A DNA stretch of 64,000 bases, taken from Azolla caroliniana. Its lineage: Eukaryota > Plantae > Polypodiophyta. The DNA is taken from the NCBI GenBank assembly GCA_043228905.1, contig JBHGNT010000133.1:6402-70401 (forward strand), in the 5' to 3' direction. The notes beneath the pieces were generated by a model, which had not been told where the DNA came from, searched no databases, and saw only the letters and a program-made list of their open reading frames with translations. The position numbers were made by a program, and so were the translations under genes. Below are positions 1 to 15,374 of the stretch, piece by piece (the first letter of the stretch is position 1; the number at the start of each line of letters is the position of its first letter).

Positions 1-251
1 TGTATAGTTATGGTACAAATAACTAGGTTATTGGAGTTGTTTGGATACGTTTGTTGAAAATGAGGTGGGGACTATGTCCACTTTGGTGGGAAGGCCAGAG
101 TGAGGGCTGTTGAGAGGAATTTTGAGAGTTCTATGATGTAATTTTGTTTGCTAACTAATGCGAAGCAGTATTTTTTTGGAAAAAAGAAGAAGAAGAAGTT
201 GTAAGACCAAGTTACATACAATTAATATAATATAATTGTGTGCTTTCACCA

Positions 252-254
<3 letters not shown>

Positions 255-297
<43 letters not shown>

Positions 298-496
298 ATG
301 TTGGGTTGCTTTGAAAACATATGTAGTCATTAAACTATGTGATCCATATTGAATTATTTCCCATGGCGTACTTTGAGAACATACTCATTAAGCGCATGAT
401 CCATATGCTAAATGGAGTTGTATGTCTTAACAATACAATGGATATGGTGTTATCCAGCTTACGTTGTCTTGTGTGTGTGTGTGTGCGCACTTGTAT

Positions 497-560
<64 letters not shown>
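255..560. repeat. Microsatellites: (GA)n at ~255-293 and ~501-560, (TG)n at ~470-485
   Basis: Read directly from the sequence; they explain the spurious ERERER/SLSLSL ORFs. Confidence 0.95.
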
Positions 561-563
<3 letters not shown>

Positions 564-899
564 AAGGAACAGAAACTGCAAGCAAAAGGAAAGCTAAAAC
601 ACAAAACTAGTATGCTAATATGTAACAAATTATGAGAAGTGCTCAAGTCAAGTGGCCCACTCAATGTGAGGATCGTGTGAGACCCAATACATAAGGAATA
701 AAATGTAAAACTTTTTATCTAGAATTAAATCATTTAAGAATATTTAGAATGAGAAGAAATTGAAAGTATGCCGTGTTGGTTGGAATGTACAATATGCATG
801 TTCGAAGGAGTTCCTTTCAAATCAATTTGAGGAATATTTAGTGTTAGAAGGAAATTGGAGGTAGGTGATGACTTTGCATACACCACAACATATATTAAA

Positions 900-2900
900 G
901 GAACATCGAAACCAGATAATTGGAGAGATTGCCAATGTGTGTTGAAAAGATATGGATTGCAAGATTCCTACTGGGTTGAGGTGATTAACACCACAATCGT
1001 CATCTCAAAATTTTACATCAACAATTGAAAAGATGATGCAATGGAGGCATATTAAGGTAAGAAAACTTTTCCCGTGCATTTGAAGACATTTGATAATGTA
1101 TTCTATGTGCACATGCCTGGCGTGTGTAGGGCAAAGCTAGATGTTAAGAGCAATGTATACATCTTTATTGGATATAGCCCAAAGTCTCAGCCCCATGGGC
1201 TCTATGATGTTACTTGAAAGAAGATGGTATGAGATTCTATAAATGTGCATATATACCTTGGGTAGAAATTTTGTGACACCAAAAGTAGGATATATTGTGA
1301 ACTATCAAATCACAAAACATTTACAAGAGCTGAAATCCAAATATTGCTACAAAAAAGAATATTTGATCAATTTAGCACAAGATGGGATGACACTTTCTTA
1401 ATGGGTGGATTAGCACCCTAACACTAGATGAGGAATGTAGCTCAAATAGACGGTTTGGAAGGTCAAGAAGAATTGAGGGGAAAACACATTGAAAGCGTGT
1501 GATGGATCAAAATGTCAAATTTGCTCTCGTGATGAATATAAGGAGTTGAGCTCTCTTTGGATGAGATAAAAAGGAACCTTAGGTGGAATGACTATGGGGT
1601 TTGAATTAGAAGGTTTTTTGTTTAAGGCGACAAAGCTAGTGTAACCTATAAAAGGTACATCTATATGAAGTACCAAGAATTTTTGAAACATTTACTCTAA
1701 TGCAAAGAATCAATGTTGACTAAATGGCCTTGGTCCTTGGAAGTGTGCAAGATGCAAAACTAACCAAAATACTAGATGGATGTGAAGCTTGTGTTCCTAT
1801 ATGGCTACCTCAAGTAGGAGTTATTCATGGAGAAAATATCAAGTTCTTAATTATGTGATTCAATAATTAAGGGCTTTATATTGCGAAAATCTCTATACGA
1901 GTTGAAGTAAGTACTCATGGTTTAGTGCAAGCGTATGATTGTATTCCTCATAGAAGAGAGATTCAAGAGGTTTACAATTAATGCAACCCTCTTTAAAAGT
2001 GAATGTAAGCATATATGTAGTGATCCTTGTGTTGTAAGCCTGTGCGTGGACAATATGGGCAACACAAGCAACAACAAAGTCAATCTTCATCTCACTAAGA
2101 AAACCCAAGTTCCACATTCAAGTTAATAGATTCCACTTTGTCACACTTCTGTATGGGGCTAGAGGTGTATCAAAGGAACAAGGCGATGTTTGTTGCTCAC
2201 TTAGTTCTAAATAATTTGGGATGTAAATTTCCTTTCACATGGATGGAAGCCAAAGCCAACTTGAAGTTGACAAACATTAGGAATCCAAGATTGGGAAAGC
2301 ATACCAATATCAGGCTTTGGTCTAGAGTCTCTCATAAATGTCCATGACAAGATAAACATTGTTTATATCGTAAGAGAGTTTAGAAAAAGTCATTTGCAAG
2401 ATGCAAATATTGAAGTACTTCAAGTGTACAATTTAGATTTGGAATTGAGTTTCAATGGTAAGATAGTGTGATTCTAAATAGGGGCTAGATATCTATAGGA
2501 AATGTCTACTTTTTATTTTTTTCCCCAATGTTTGGAATATTTTCATTGGACTAGAAAGAAGCAATTAGGTGTCCCAATGTCCTAAGCAAAAGTGGAGTAA
2601 AAGGTGGTGTGCTATGTAGGGTTTGAAGCACTTAGAAGAAATTGGGATTCTAAATGAGTTGGCACCAACGTGCATAACATGGGATAGTTTATTGCATTGC
2701 TATCACAATGAGTATGGTGTCCCAAAGGCACACCTAGCTTATCCATATATAGTTTTGGTTTACATGAGAAATTATTCCGTGTTGAGAAGGTGAATTTGGA
2801 GTGGTATATTGAGCACAATCATATGGATCTCTCTCTACAAGGACATCATAGCAAGCATAAACTTTGGGAAACTTTGAAATAATAAGGATATTGACTTCAC
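900..2900 (+). mobile_element. Degenerate Ty1/Copia pol relic (INT-RT-RNase H order)
   Basis: Translated fragments in Copia order: YWVEVINTT (~970), HLKTFDNVFYVHMP (~1077), KLDVKSNVYIFIGYS (~1134), *MDVKLVFLYGYLK*E (~1773), SLCVDN (~2037, cf. LYVDD). Many stops and frameshifts; boundaries approximate. Confidence 0.75.
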
Positions 2901-5900
2901 ATGTTCATTGTTTTTAAGAAACGTTGCAATATACTTCTAGCCCGTTCTACTTGTTACCTTGAGCGTTTAAAAGTAGGTAAATGTTGATTAATGGCAACTT
3001 GCGGAGGAAAACTATTTTTTTTTTAGTCACATAAGTCATGTGTTCTTCATTACTTTATCATTCTTATCTTTGTTTATTTACTTGTACTTTATCACAAATT
3101 TTTATACCACTTGGATGCAGGTCTCATCTTTCCTTTTAAGGTTAGTTTTTTTACAAGAGTTAGGAAACAATAGTTGTACATCACTTGTTTCCAGTTGAAG
3201 GTTGTTTATCTCTTAAGAGGAATGATGACGCTATTATACATTTGCCCTATGTCCTTTAACATGACTTGTTCTTCGTCAACCTTTGTGATTCACATTCATG
3301 TGTAAATAAAAGTGAATTAGATAATAGTAATTCACATCCTCTTCTCATATATGATCACATTGGTACATACTTGTGATGTGTCAAAGAAGAACAACAAATT
3401 GACAAAAACAAGTCTCTAAACCATTGTTGTTGCATGGTACACAAGTACATACTCTCGAGAAAAGCTTGAATGCCTTTTGAAGTTGTATACCTCAAAAGAC
3501 TTTCTAAACCATATGAGGTGGATAAGTACATAGACAATGTGTTGTGATACAAAATGGCGTTGGAGAGATTGTCCTAATCAATTTTCTTTACGAAAGACAC
3601 TAGTGTAACAAAATCTTCACTCACATGAAACCCATTTAAAATTTAGATGTGTCATTACCTTGTGCATCCTTATAGTTGAAGCATATTAGGTGTTCATTTA
3701 TGTATACTTTTAGCAATAACAAAGGTTGTCACAAATTCTCCCAAACAAGACTTATAAAATGTATGTTAAATTCTTAAAGGTGTTACCTTTGGAAATCAAT
3801 GCCTATTGAACAACACCATGCTAGTAAGTATTTTCATTGATCGTAAAAAAAAGGTCAATGAGCTCTCCATCTAACATTGTCATCAATGTCTCTCCAATTT
3901 GATTTTATCCGTGCATGGTTTCAATCTCATGTTTTGAGGTATCAACTTTTCAAGTATGTATAAAACAACAAATGGGAAAGTGCATCCTTTATCTTGTACC
4001 ACAATTAATCAACTTTTCAAAGACATATAAAAACAACAAATGGAAAAGCGTATCAATATCTTGTCCAATACTTAATTGCCTCACCAAAAAGAAGCACCAA
4101 CAATATTTTACTTGGAAACAACAACATCTAAGTTTATCTTGAAAAGATATGTCTTATCCATTTCAAAACAATTTTTTAATAAAGATTCTATTATTTTTCA
4201 TCTTCTCCCACTAACAAGATTATGGTTATGTGTCTTCACGACCCCAAGAATGATTGACAATGGTTATATTATCACAAACATGCAGATTAAACTTATTGTC
4301 AATCTAAAACATTCTTACGCTATGATCTAATTCATTAGTTAATCAGGTTCACACGAAGGCCAAATGACAATACCTTAGTTACTGTTTTCATAAACCATCA
4401 AATATAACCAAAAATGATAATGCACATGGAATCATTTTTGCCTTAGGGATAGAGCAAGTGAAGGTTTCACCTTGCCTTGATTATTACTAGGATTTTTACA
4501 ATAACCATATGTCCAACTACTTATCATGGATCCTTATTTTGTAGCGCACACAAATACATTTTGATTCATGAAATTTCAATCATCATACACTATAGTCTTG
4601 GTATGGTAGAGATAACAAGTCCCTATGCAATTTCCCTTCCAACAACTTTGAACTATGAAGTGATGAATAGGTTCTTGTTGTAGCAAATGAATGAAAGAAG
4701 CGGAGAACAAAGTGTTTTTTTTATGGATCCAAGTCCCATATGTTGCATTGGATCAAGTGATGGAAATATTACCGAATTTTCATGCTTTTCAAATAATAAT
4801 GCTCATTCCTTTATATTAATAATAACATTTAACCTTCAATCTTATCATTTGTGCCACGTATTTCAGAAGTTCTCTTTAAAATTATTCTGGGGGCGATATG
4901 GTCTACACTCATCCACGATGAATTCCTGTGAGTGACATATTTCTTCACCAAATTATTTATCACGCCGGTCTATTCCTATGGTATGGTCTATTCTCATCAA
5001 CAATGAATTACTATGAGTTATATTTCTTAACCAAAAAATATTCATACACATCATGTTCCTCCTAATGGAGGTCCTTGCTTACCTATCCATCTTTTGTTTG
5101 AGGTTCCACACACAATGAAACTCGAGGTGGAGTATTGTTATTGTGGCAAGAATGATGTTTTCGAAAGATATGGATATTGTAAATGCAACCATTATGAGAA
5201 AACATGTGATGCAAACGAAAAAAATAGAAGAGGGTCTACCATTTTGTTTCAATTGTAGACAACAAGAAAAGCATTGCCTTCATTTAAAGAGAGGTTAGGT
5301 CCTCTAAATCTAGTGAGGACTGAATATTGGCACATTCACTCAATGATCTAAGTTGGTTGATAAATGAGATTAGAAGCAAAATGAAGAAACTTCACACAAG
5401 TAATTTTGATGGTTGTGTAAGTAGAAAGAATATGGTAGTCCACCATCGTTCACACAAGTCTAGTATAACCGAACTACTACACACATGGCTCATTGCATTA
5501 TGGAAGGAACGGGTTATCTTATCCTTTCATGGCTAGCAAAATTAAGTAACATTTGCATTCTCAATACTACACTAAAGAACATAACAGATATTGTGAAGCT
5601 TTTGTTTTACAACTCTTATGTATGAATTGGAAACAATGCCTATGTGTCTCTTCTCAACAAGAACATAAAGAGGAAGAGCAAGAAATATACCATAATAACA
5701 TATTATAAATATGCTACTACAGTATGGAGAACAACAATGCATTATGGTATAATTATGGTATAGGAAATGTTCTTTCACATGCAATGAAATAGTTGGAAGA
5801 TTTTCATTTCATTATAAAAAGAAGAGCCCATGAATACCAACATCAAAAGTAGCAATAGTTTGATTCGAGTCTTCACACGTGTGGTCTAGAGATGGGATTG

Positions 5901-6740
5901 AGCATGTTAATATGCATTTTATATACCATTGTTTGTCACATAAAACTTTTAAAAAACAGCCACTAGATCAATATACTTGAGCAAGCAACTTTGGCAACAC
6001 CTGGTAGCCTAGAATTAGATTGGAGCCAAATTCTCCGCCAATAAATGCTTCCATTTATTTATTTTGATAATTTGAAGTACTTAGCTAAAACATTTAGTAT
6101 CCATATAAATATGAATCATAATTTACTAGTTTTCATGTGAGCTCTGATTCATGAATCCAGATACCATAAGAAATGTGCATCTGAGCAACATGCCTGTTTG
6201 CTCTTTCACATATATCTAATCCCACAAACATTTGAACTGTTTCCTACATGTACAACTAATTATGATGCAATATGTTTTGAATCAATGAAAACATTTGTAA
6301 TTGTTGTAAATTTCGTTACACATCATCTGTGACATATATTAACCTTCCAAAATTATCCACCCCATAAAAAAGCCTCAGCTAATAATCGTATAGGAAAAAA
6401 TTCATTGACCAAGAGAGCACTGTCCAGAATTGATGTTTTCTTCTCATATATTAAAGAGGTTCAAGAAAATAAAACTACTTATATACATATTTTGTTCCTC
6501 AATCAACTGCTTTAGCGGGGTATTTACGTCTCAAAATCCATTGGAAAAAAGCATGTCCTAAACTTTATTTAGAATAGTTTCGGACATCTCGCAACCTTTA
6601 ATGAGAGACATATCTAGGCTTATGAAGTAAATAATGGATTCTTTTTCTTTTTCTTTTTTCTACAATCATCTACAAAAACAGCCAATAATGCAAAACAACC
6701 ATTTCCGAGCTTTTTTTTCTCTCGGATAATAATTTAAAAA

Positions 6741-9700
6741 TCAATTGCTGTACTTCCTATTTTGAGTCCAGTGTCCGCCAGTTGACTTTTGTACAGTGGA
6801 TGGATTGGGTTTGCCCCGCACGACTTGCACCGCGGTCTTCGGGAGGTCTGGAATATCGAGGACTTGCACAACACGTTGCTTTTTTGCTGACATTGCCCAC
6901 AGACATTCATGTTAGGAACCAGACCAACAGGAAAAAACCATATAACTGAAATGCATGACACAAAAACAAAAACTTGCTGAAGCTGTTTCTTAGAAAAGAG
7001 AAACACAAATTAGACGAAGCAAAATAGCAAGAAAAATGCTCACCATTTTCTGCTTGTTGATACCCTTGATGAAGTTTCCTCTTTGCATTCTCGAGCTTCT
7101 GATCGACCAAGCACTTATCAGTCTTCTGCACAGAAAGCACTTGAATCTTCAGCAAAACGAAAATAGGCATCCCGATTAATTGTTTGCATTAATGGATTGG
7201 TGTATATTTATATATATCCCAACAGTTTTGGAAATAAACATCAATGATGAAACAATACATAATATAGCCAAATCGCGAGGCATGGAGGGGAACAAACAAA
7301 ATTCATCCAATAATCTTGTGGGTTTACAGATTAACATGGCTATACATGTGAAAACAAAATCAATTTCGGAAATGGAAATTGCATCTGCCATCAATAAAAC
7401 ATAGCATCATAATGTCACCAAGTATGAATGATGCCATATTCTAAAGCACACTTTCCTACGGACATCATTGATAAACAACATAGCATTATATAGCCAAAGT
7501 CCAAAGCTTGAAAATAAAAAAGACGGGTGACGAGAATACCCCTATATAGATAATTGGGGTAGTAAAGAATTTACAACAATAGAGGAGTATTTGGCAATTA
7601 TTGAAAACTCAAGAGCATTCTAATCAATATGAAAAACGATTTGTATTGCCCATAAAGAAATTACCACAGCTGAAGATTTCTGAGCAATGTCAACATGTGG
7701 TTGAGGATCTAATATGATTTTCCTCCCTGAATCATGGATTGATTTTGATGTCCTAACAACAACAGAAGCTGAGACACCCTTCAAAGGTCTATCATTCCCG
7801 GGAATAGACTTTGAGGTATGACTGTTGTCCACTTTACTCGTTTTCCCTTTCAAGGCAGACATGGCAATGGGTGGGTCACGGCGGGTGGCGCTCCCTCTCT
7901 CCTCTGGTATTTGTATACTCCCCGATTGCGATTGTGACTGTGATTGTGAAAAGTAGTCAAGATTGTCTTTAACCGAAGGGTCATTGGAGTTCAAGGTCAT
8001 GTTATGCTTCGTTCGCCCACCTGATAAACAATAAGAAGGTTTGACCTTGTTTATTTTATTGCGGTATAAAAAATACTCAAATATATCTAATGAGATCTTG
8101 ATGAGTAAAAAGGTGAGAAGTTTGCACTGAAATGCTTACCTCCTCCACCTTCAATGAAGCTAAAAAGCTGCAAATAAACATCCAAATCAGAAATTTCATC
8201 ACTTATAAGACCTTGGGTCAAAAAACTTCAGATACAAAAAAATCACCCTATTTTGAGGTATAAATCATTATCGAACTAAAGCTATGAATCAGTTTCCAAT
8301 TTTTATATTTCTATTCCCTATAACATCAATGTATATGAGGATAAATCTAAATCTATATGTACCTCAGACAAATCCACCCCCGATGATGCTCGACCTTCCA
8401 ACAGTGCATCTTCATCAACCAGAGATGAGGGAATTCCATGATGATCATCATCATGACTTTCCACAAATTCTTCACATTCTGAAATTCAACCTTATCCTTG
8501 TTTTTCTTTTGATATATGAGGTTTCCAAAAGAAAAACATAACATCATGGGAGAATGAAATTTAACCAAATCAGTTAATTTGTAAATGACAGCATTGTTTT
8601 GTGGACCATTTGCTTCTTGATTCACAAGAGAGAGGACAGAGAGAGAGAGAGAAAGATTGCATTGTCACCTGTGCCAGTGTCCATGTTCACACCTCGGGCA
8701 CTATTTACCCACTTATCAACAAGCATTTTCCAGTGTCTGCTCAATTCAACAGGCCAAATTCAAAAAATGTGTGAGGAATCTTAATGAGAATCAAACCCAT
8801 GACGACTGTAAAGAGATTCAACAAATGCTGTGATTGCAATTTGAACCTTAAAAAAATATTTGCATGGAACAAGCGATCCTTACTTTACAAGCTCCTTCAC
8901 TAAGCATCGAACTTTTCTCGAAGAATGCTTCCGGAGACCATTCACGTGCTTTCCTATTTCAGTTGACTGTTGCAAAGCATGCACAGTATATATGTAAATA
9001 GATTTGATATTTAGCCATTTCAATGACAAATTTTTGTTTTTTATATTGAGAAACATTTATATTTGAGGTTAGACTAAACCACAAAATTATCTAATGAACA
9101 TCAACAAAGATAACTACAATTAATATGAGATTTAAAATTAATGCCTCTCTCTCTCTCTCTCTCTCTTTCTATACATATATAAAGCTTAATCACGATGAAA
9201 AGAGATTTATCTCTAATTCATACCTTTAAAGCTTCCACTGTGATCTGCATATATTGGAGTCTTTGTAAAGACTCTAGAATGACTTTCTCTGGCTGCAAAA
9301 CAAGAAAATTTAGTGTATAGATAATACTAACAAAAGCAATGATCCACATAAAGAAAAATATAAGGAAAAAAAGGCATCAAAATTGAAGAAAAACACTATT
9401 AATATTACGAGATGCATCAAATTTTGAAGAGAAAACATCAAATTTAGCTAAAAAGCCTCATAGAAAATCATGGGAAAGAGAAACTTTAACAGAAAGAAAA
9501 AACCATTGACAAAATGCACAACAAAGTGAAAGAAAAATATAGCAAAAGATCATCAAAATGGATGAAGAAAAACATAACAATAAAAAACGAAAGAAAATTT
9601 ATAGCAACAGGAAACGGAGGGGGAAAGCAAACAAAATTGACAGAAAAAACATAGGAAACATGGAGTAGATAAAGAAATAAAACATACTTGATCAACGTCC

Positions 9701-10227
9701 TTGATGCTTTCCTTAATGATTTCAATCTCTCTGAGGACCATGGTTTCTTCATCAAGTTCGGCTTCATCATCGAATCCATGATGATTCCTTTTCCCATCTT
9801 CATCACAGGTCTTTCCATCACTTTCTACACCATTTCCTTCTTCTTCTTCTGCTTCTTCTTCTTCTTCTTCTTTGTCGTCGTCGTCATCATCAATGTGATC
9901 AATATGATCAAGACCACTACCATCAAATGCTTCCTCTGTTCCTTCACCATCCCTAACCTCACCTTCTTCTAAGATAAGGTTTGGATTAATATTATGACTA
10001 TGACGACGATGATGATCATTACCATTGCTATTATGATCATTTTTTGTATCCCTTATACTAGAAAGATTCCTCGAGAACAGAGTTTCTGCTATTTCTACCC
10101 TCCGTTCCCGGAATTCTTTTGGGTAATCAGAAGCCGCCAGGTGGATAGCCGAGTGGATAACCTGCCAGATGTTGGCACCTGATTGGATAAGATAACTCCT
10201 CAATTCATCCATGTCACAGTTCACCAT
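6741..10227 (-). CDS. MED26: Mediator subunit 26-like / TFIIS N-terminal-domain protein, 9 coding exons
   Basis: GT-AG exons join in frame: 10227-9688, 9292-9224, 8966-8884, 8736-8669, ~8478-8363, ~8169-8141, ~8020-7665, 7125-7044, 6886-6741. Family motifs: DELRSYLIQSGANIWQVIHSAIHLAASDYPKEFRERR; LQRLQYMQITVEALKSTEIGKHVNGLRKH...VKELVKHWKMLVDKW; KLENAKRKLHQGYQQAENAKKQRVVQVLDIPDLP. Confidence 0.9.
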
Positions 10228-10293
10228 TGCAAGGTACAATTCTTGCTTTCGTTAGTAAATCAATCCCTGCTACTCTCTCACGGATAGCAAATC

Positions 10294-10981
10294 AAACCCT
10301 AAAATGTCCTTACATGGGTATACACATATTTCCTATCTTTCTCTTTTTCTTCCTTCCTTTCTCTCTTTGTTGTTAAAAACAGAGGAAGTATGATCCAATG
10401 AACTTTTATTTTGTTTCTAATGTTCTTGGATCAAATAAAACCTTATAATAGGTTTCTATATGCATACATATCTCTTTATTTTCCTTCTCTATCCGCCTTT
10501 CTTTCTCTGTGGAGTGGCAGAATAGCTATGAAACAATTAGCTTTTTCCCCTCTTTTTCCTTGAGTTAGCGAACCAAACCCTAAAGTGGGCTTATGATGTA
10601 CACATCAAACAATGAGATGATCAACGCTATGCAAAGAGAGGGGGGGGGGAAAGAGGGGGAGATGCATTGCAGAAGAAGGGAGGGCACAACTCTGTTTCTT
10701 TTCTGTTGGCATAGAGAGAAAGAGGAAAGAACAAAAAACACACACAGAGGCAGGCAGGCACAGAGAGAGAGAGAGAGAGAGAGAGGTTTTCACCAAAAAA
10801 AAAAAGTTTCTCTCTCTACCCACTAGGCTGATTTTTCACTGATTTTCTTCTTCTACTTTTCGTTTCAGAAATGGGTCTCTCCTTTCTCTCTAGAGAGAGC
10901 GACAGAGCCTCGTATATATGTACGTATATGTATGTATGTATAAGGTATCTGGTTCTGATCCATACTCTCTCTCTTCCCCTG

Positions 10982-11033
<52 letters not shown>

Positions 11034-11080
11034 CCTGTTCCTGTTCCTCTCTCTCTTCCCCTGCTCCTCTCTCTCTCTCT
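10294..11080. promoter_or_regulatory. Region upstream of MED26 with two telo-boxes (AAACCCTAA, ~10295 and ~10575) and long GA/CT tracts
   Basis: Motifs are visible; a regulatory role is inferred only from known plant telo-box and GAGA elements. Confidence 0.4.
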
Positions 11081-14000
11081 GGTTGTTACTACTACACACA
11101 CATACATACATACTCCAAAAGCATCATCAGAGAAATCATAAATTTGAGCCAACCCAAGTTTCAACCCTTGTCCTCGGCCTCGTATAATTTCGGTCTCGCC
11201 TCAACACCTCAAAAACCAAAGAAACTTCCAATCAAATTCGTGTGTCTTCGCGTCCACTCGGAACTTTTGGCGGACACATTACACGGAGCCTTTTTGAGGC
11301 ACTGATTATTAACATGTTGACCCGCACCAATCATCTGATCCATAGTTTTCTCGGGCTCCAGTTTGTGCCGAGGGAACTTGCCTCGCTTAGGATCATCTCA
11401 CATTGTAGGAGATGCACATAGAGTATTTCCGTTATGCAGTAGAGGATGTTTGCATGCAAGGCAAATCATATTTCATCAATGTTTCTCTCGAGATCTAGAC
11501 TAGGGCAGCATTTGATTACAATTGGTCCTACACACACACACACACACATATATATATGCAATAGCTCTTTTCACACTATGGCAGAGGTAGATAAAAATGA
11601 AAATGCAAGCAAAACACCAATATTTATTTTGGTTCCAATTTAGTATGGTAGGTCACAATGGCTAAAGACACATTTGGTTGCAATTGTTTCTCTTTACTAT
11701 AAATGTTGGAGTGGTGATTAGTTTTAATACTTTATATATTATCCAGATAGTTTTAAATTTCTATTGTCCTTAAGAATGATCACTGTTAACAAGAGCTCTA
11801 AAAGAATGCTAGCCAATCATTTTATGGTAGTATATGTAGCAATAATATGCACCAATAGTTATAGCAATCTTTACTAGTGGATGCGGTTAAACTTTAATAA
11901 GGATTCCATCTGCTAATTATTTAGATTCCCAAATCTTGCTTCAATATTTGTCATCTCGTATATAGGTGAAAATCATTTGATGTTCAGAACCATCACACAT
12001 ATAATGTCCAACTTTCCCAATAATTGTTGGCACTCTCTCAATGTGCACATCATTTTTCTTCATCGTCATAATCACTTATGGCTAATGACAGCCAATAAAT
12101 GGCCATCCTGATGTCAACCATATAATCCCATGTCACCTAGTTATGCATCACATGTCCTTAGAATGTGAATAAATCAATCAAGTTACATCACCCAACTCTA
12201 CCACCTCACCTCAAGTCATAAAACCATTATGAAAGGAAAATGATCAAATACATGGGGTCAAGCTTAATGACAGGGCAGGGAATTGAACCCCATGGAGGCA
12301 AACATCGTATATGACCCCAATGAGTATGTATGTTGACCATATGTCAACTGGACACATCTATATATACTAGTGACAAATACACACATGGATTCCTTATTAA
12401 TGTTCATCATTGGAAATGTGTGTTGATTTAATTTAGCATGCTAGTTATTATAAATGTTTTTATTGTTTTTAATATTATTTATGTACTCGTTAATTAAGCA
12501 AAGTCTAGATTAGTTATGGCTGGTTACATTATTTTCCTAAGAAAATTAATCGGCTACCGTAACCTACGTATATGCCCAATGTGAAGTGTGCATTTTCTAC
12601 AAATGGTTCCTTTCAATGGCTAATAAAGAGAATAGAACATATTTTTTATTGTCCACGGGGCCAAATTTGACCCATTGGACTAAATAAACATGTCATCTTG
12701 GACATAACTCGTCTTGAGGTGGGGGATTCCTACTTTGTAATAAAAACTCCTCTTTGTGAAAATAATGGATGGACATATGTGCTCACCATTCTTACAGGAT
12801 ATTTGAGTACAATACTTAAATTATCGTGCTTGTCAAACAAGTCATCATACTTCTCACAAATTACCGTATATATTGAGCACTTGAGAAGTGATATTAATCC
12901 TTTATTACGTTCTCATTGTATATATTCATACTTACGTGATGATAGTCCCGATACTATCTCAAAACCTAACTTGTATGAGTGAGTTTGAAAAAGTGTTAAG
13001 GCTCATGGGGGGCACTGGGCAGTAAGATGTGGTTGGATATGTTTTGACATATTTGTATTGTATAGAGGTCACTGAGGGTTAACATTTGTGATGTCCAAAG
13101 GTTGTCTTCTCTCAAATAACCCTATTAGACAATAGAATAAACTCATTAGCCACATTCTTGAATTCGTTTTGACACTTAGATTTAAGTCCTATATAAGGTT
13201 GATAATTAACCATTAAGATGAAACCATTGCAAATTTCTTTTAATTGATGAGACGCTCAATATGTTTTTACTAATCTATAAGGCAATGCATAATAACATGA
13301 CAATGGCATGAAATAACACTAGAGTGAACAATTACTATGACAAAGTTATTGGACATATCAATTAATTCAATGGGTAGAGAGTGATTGGTCTTCAAATGAC
13401 CATAAACGTGTCAAGTTCGGGAACATGAAAGCAAGAGCATTTTTCAAGATTTTTGGAAATATAATGGAATTTTTGTAAAATCGATTAATTTCTTTACTCC
13501 TCACCTCTTTTTAATTTTCTTTATGTACGCACATATCCTCGCATGTAGAATTTATTTATAGCCATGTCATTGTTTATCGATTTTGCAAAACCACGTGATT
13601 GAGGTGTAGTTTCTGATGAACCTTACAAATCAATCCATGCCATCACATACTTCCTTTTCTCCTTTTATTTGTGGTTATCATTTATGCAATTTGACAATAC
13701 ACAAACTTTCATTTGTTGAAATGAGTGTGGCATTTTGTGGTCCTCCTTGTCTAGTTTTCTAGGTCACTGTGGACAGAGCCAACCAATTTCTTAGTCATTT
13801 TCCTATGTGCTTTACACATAAGCATTGGATGACCGCACTTTTATTTCTTAAGGCCTCATTCACAAATAGAGAGCACACCATTTTCCAATATTACACATGT
13901 CCTTTTACATTAATGTTGTGTGTGCAAGAAAGATATAACAATATCTTATCGATGCAGAAATTTCCCCTCGTGATCTATGCTTTTCTTTGACGACAATAGT

Positions 14001-14757
14001 CAATGGAATTCACAAACACCACCAACACAAATGTTTTACATGATACAATTACTTGTTGGAATGTATAACAAAATTTTGATCATGTGAAATATTTTGATCA
14101 TTGTTGTGATTTGGTTGATTGAATTGCCTTGGTGTATTGCATTGGTCTTAAAATGTGGAAGAGATCACTTCAATGTCCCACTTAGATTTCTTATTTGTAA
14201 GATTTTGAACTTTAACGCCAAAAGTAACTTGTGGAAATCCTATCCACTAGTTTTAGTGATCCTATAAATTTATTTTTATTGGAGGCAATATCAAAGAAAG
14301 GCGTGTAAGCCAAATCTTTAGCTTATTTGTTTGTGAAATAATATTTTAACTCACCCATTGTAGATTGTGTCATACAATAACTATGACCCCGTTTCACTAT
14401 GATTTTCTTTGTTATTTCCCTCATCTTGTTCGGTGTAGCATTTGAAGGTGGCCAAGGAGAAAATAAGAGATACAATACGATAAGTTGATGAGAAGGAAGC
14501 ATGTGATAAGTCAACATACATTTTGTTGAAACAAGGTGCTCGTGCAAGGATAAGGACAAGTGCATACGAACAAACAAATAAACCAACACACACACACACA
14601 CATATTCATAAACACAAATACACCTACATACATATTTACACATTCTAACACACATAACCCTCCAATAAAAATAGATGCACATACATGTGTAAGTGTGCAC
14701 AATCATAAAAACAAATACATTCCTTCTTCTAACGCACAAGAGATCGTACGCGCGCAC

Positions 14758-14806
<49 letters not shown>

Positions 14807-15374
14807 AGTATTAAGCCAAACGTACCAATCGTAAGCATACACATTAAAACATAAACTCCATCAAAGATGCATCCACATACCAAACACACTCAAAAACCAA
14901 TAATAAACACAAACATTAAACCATACATGCAATCCAAGTTGCATCTACATATAAGCCTCAAATATATATCTTAAATACTCACATTACAAAACATAAAGGA
15001 GGTGTAAACATATTTCACCCACACATACAATATAGTGACACACTCAAAAAATGTAATTTTTTTACATGTGGGCTACTCTAAACTAAGAAAGGAAGAACAC
15101 CGTGAATAGAGGAAGTTAACAGTAGAACTAAGACTTTTAGAAATCTAAAGAGGTGAGGGTGAAAGAACGGAGAGGTCTCAATACCAAACATTGTTTTAAT
15201 CATACTATCAAAATTGAGGTGAGATAACAGTAGAGAAAGAGTGATGATGAAAGGGATAAACGAGATAATAGTGGATAGAGTGAGCAAGAGAGAACGTTAA
15301 TGCAAGAAATTAGTTGAGATAGTAGTAGATAGATAGATAGATAGAGATGGAGAGTAAAGATGAAAAGAAATATG

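Noticed and set aside
3300-5900. Possible decayed DNA-transposon coding sequence
   Set aside because: Coding-like texture, but I could not assign any diagnostic motif, TIR or TSD.
12268-12300. Isolated B-box-like GGTTCAATTCC on the minus strand
   Set aside because: No matching A box, cloverleaf or tail.
14323-14889. 188-aa Cys/Val-rich ORF (likewise 47965-48630 and 10865-11305)
   Set aside because: Translations of (CA)n, (TACA)n and (GA)n microsatellites.
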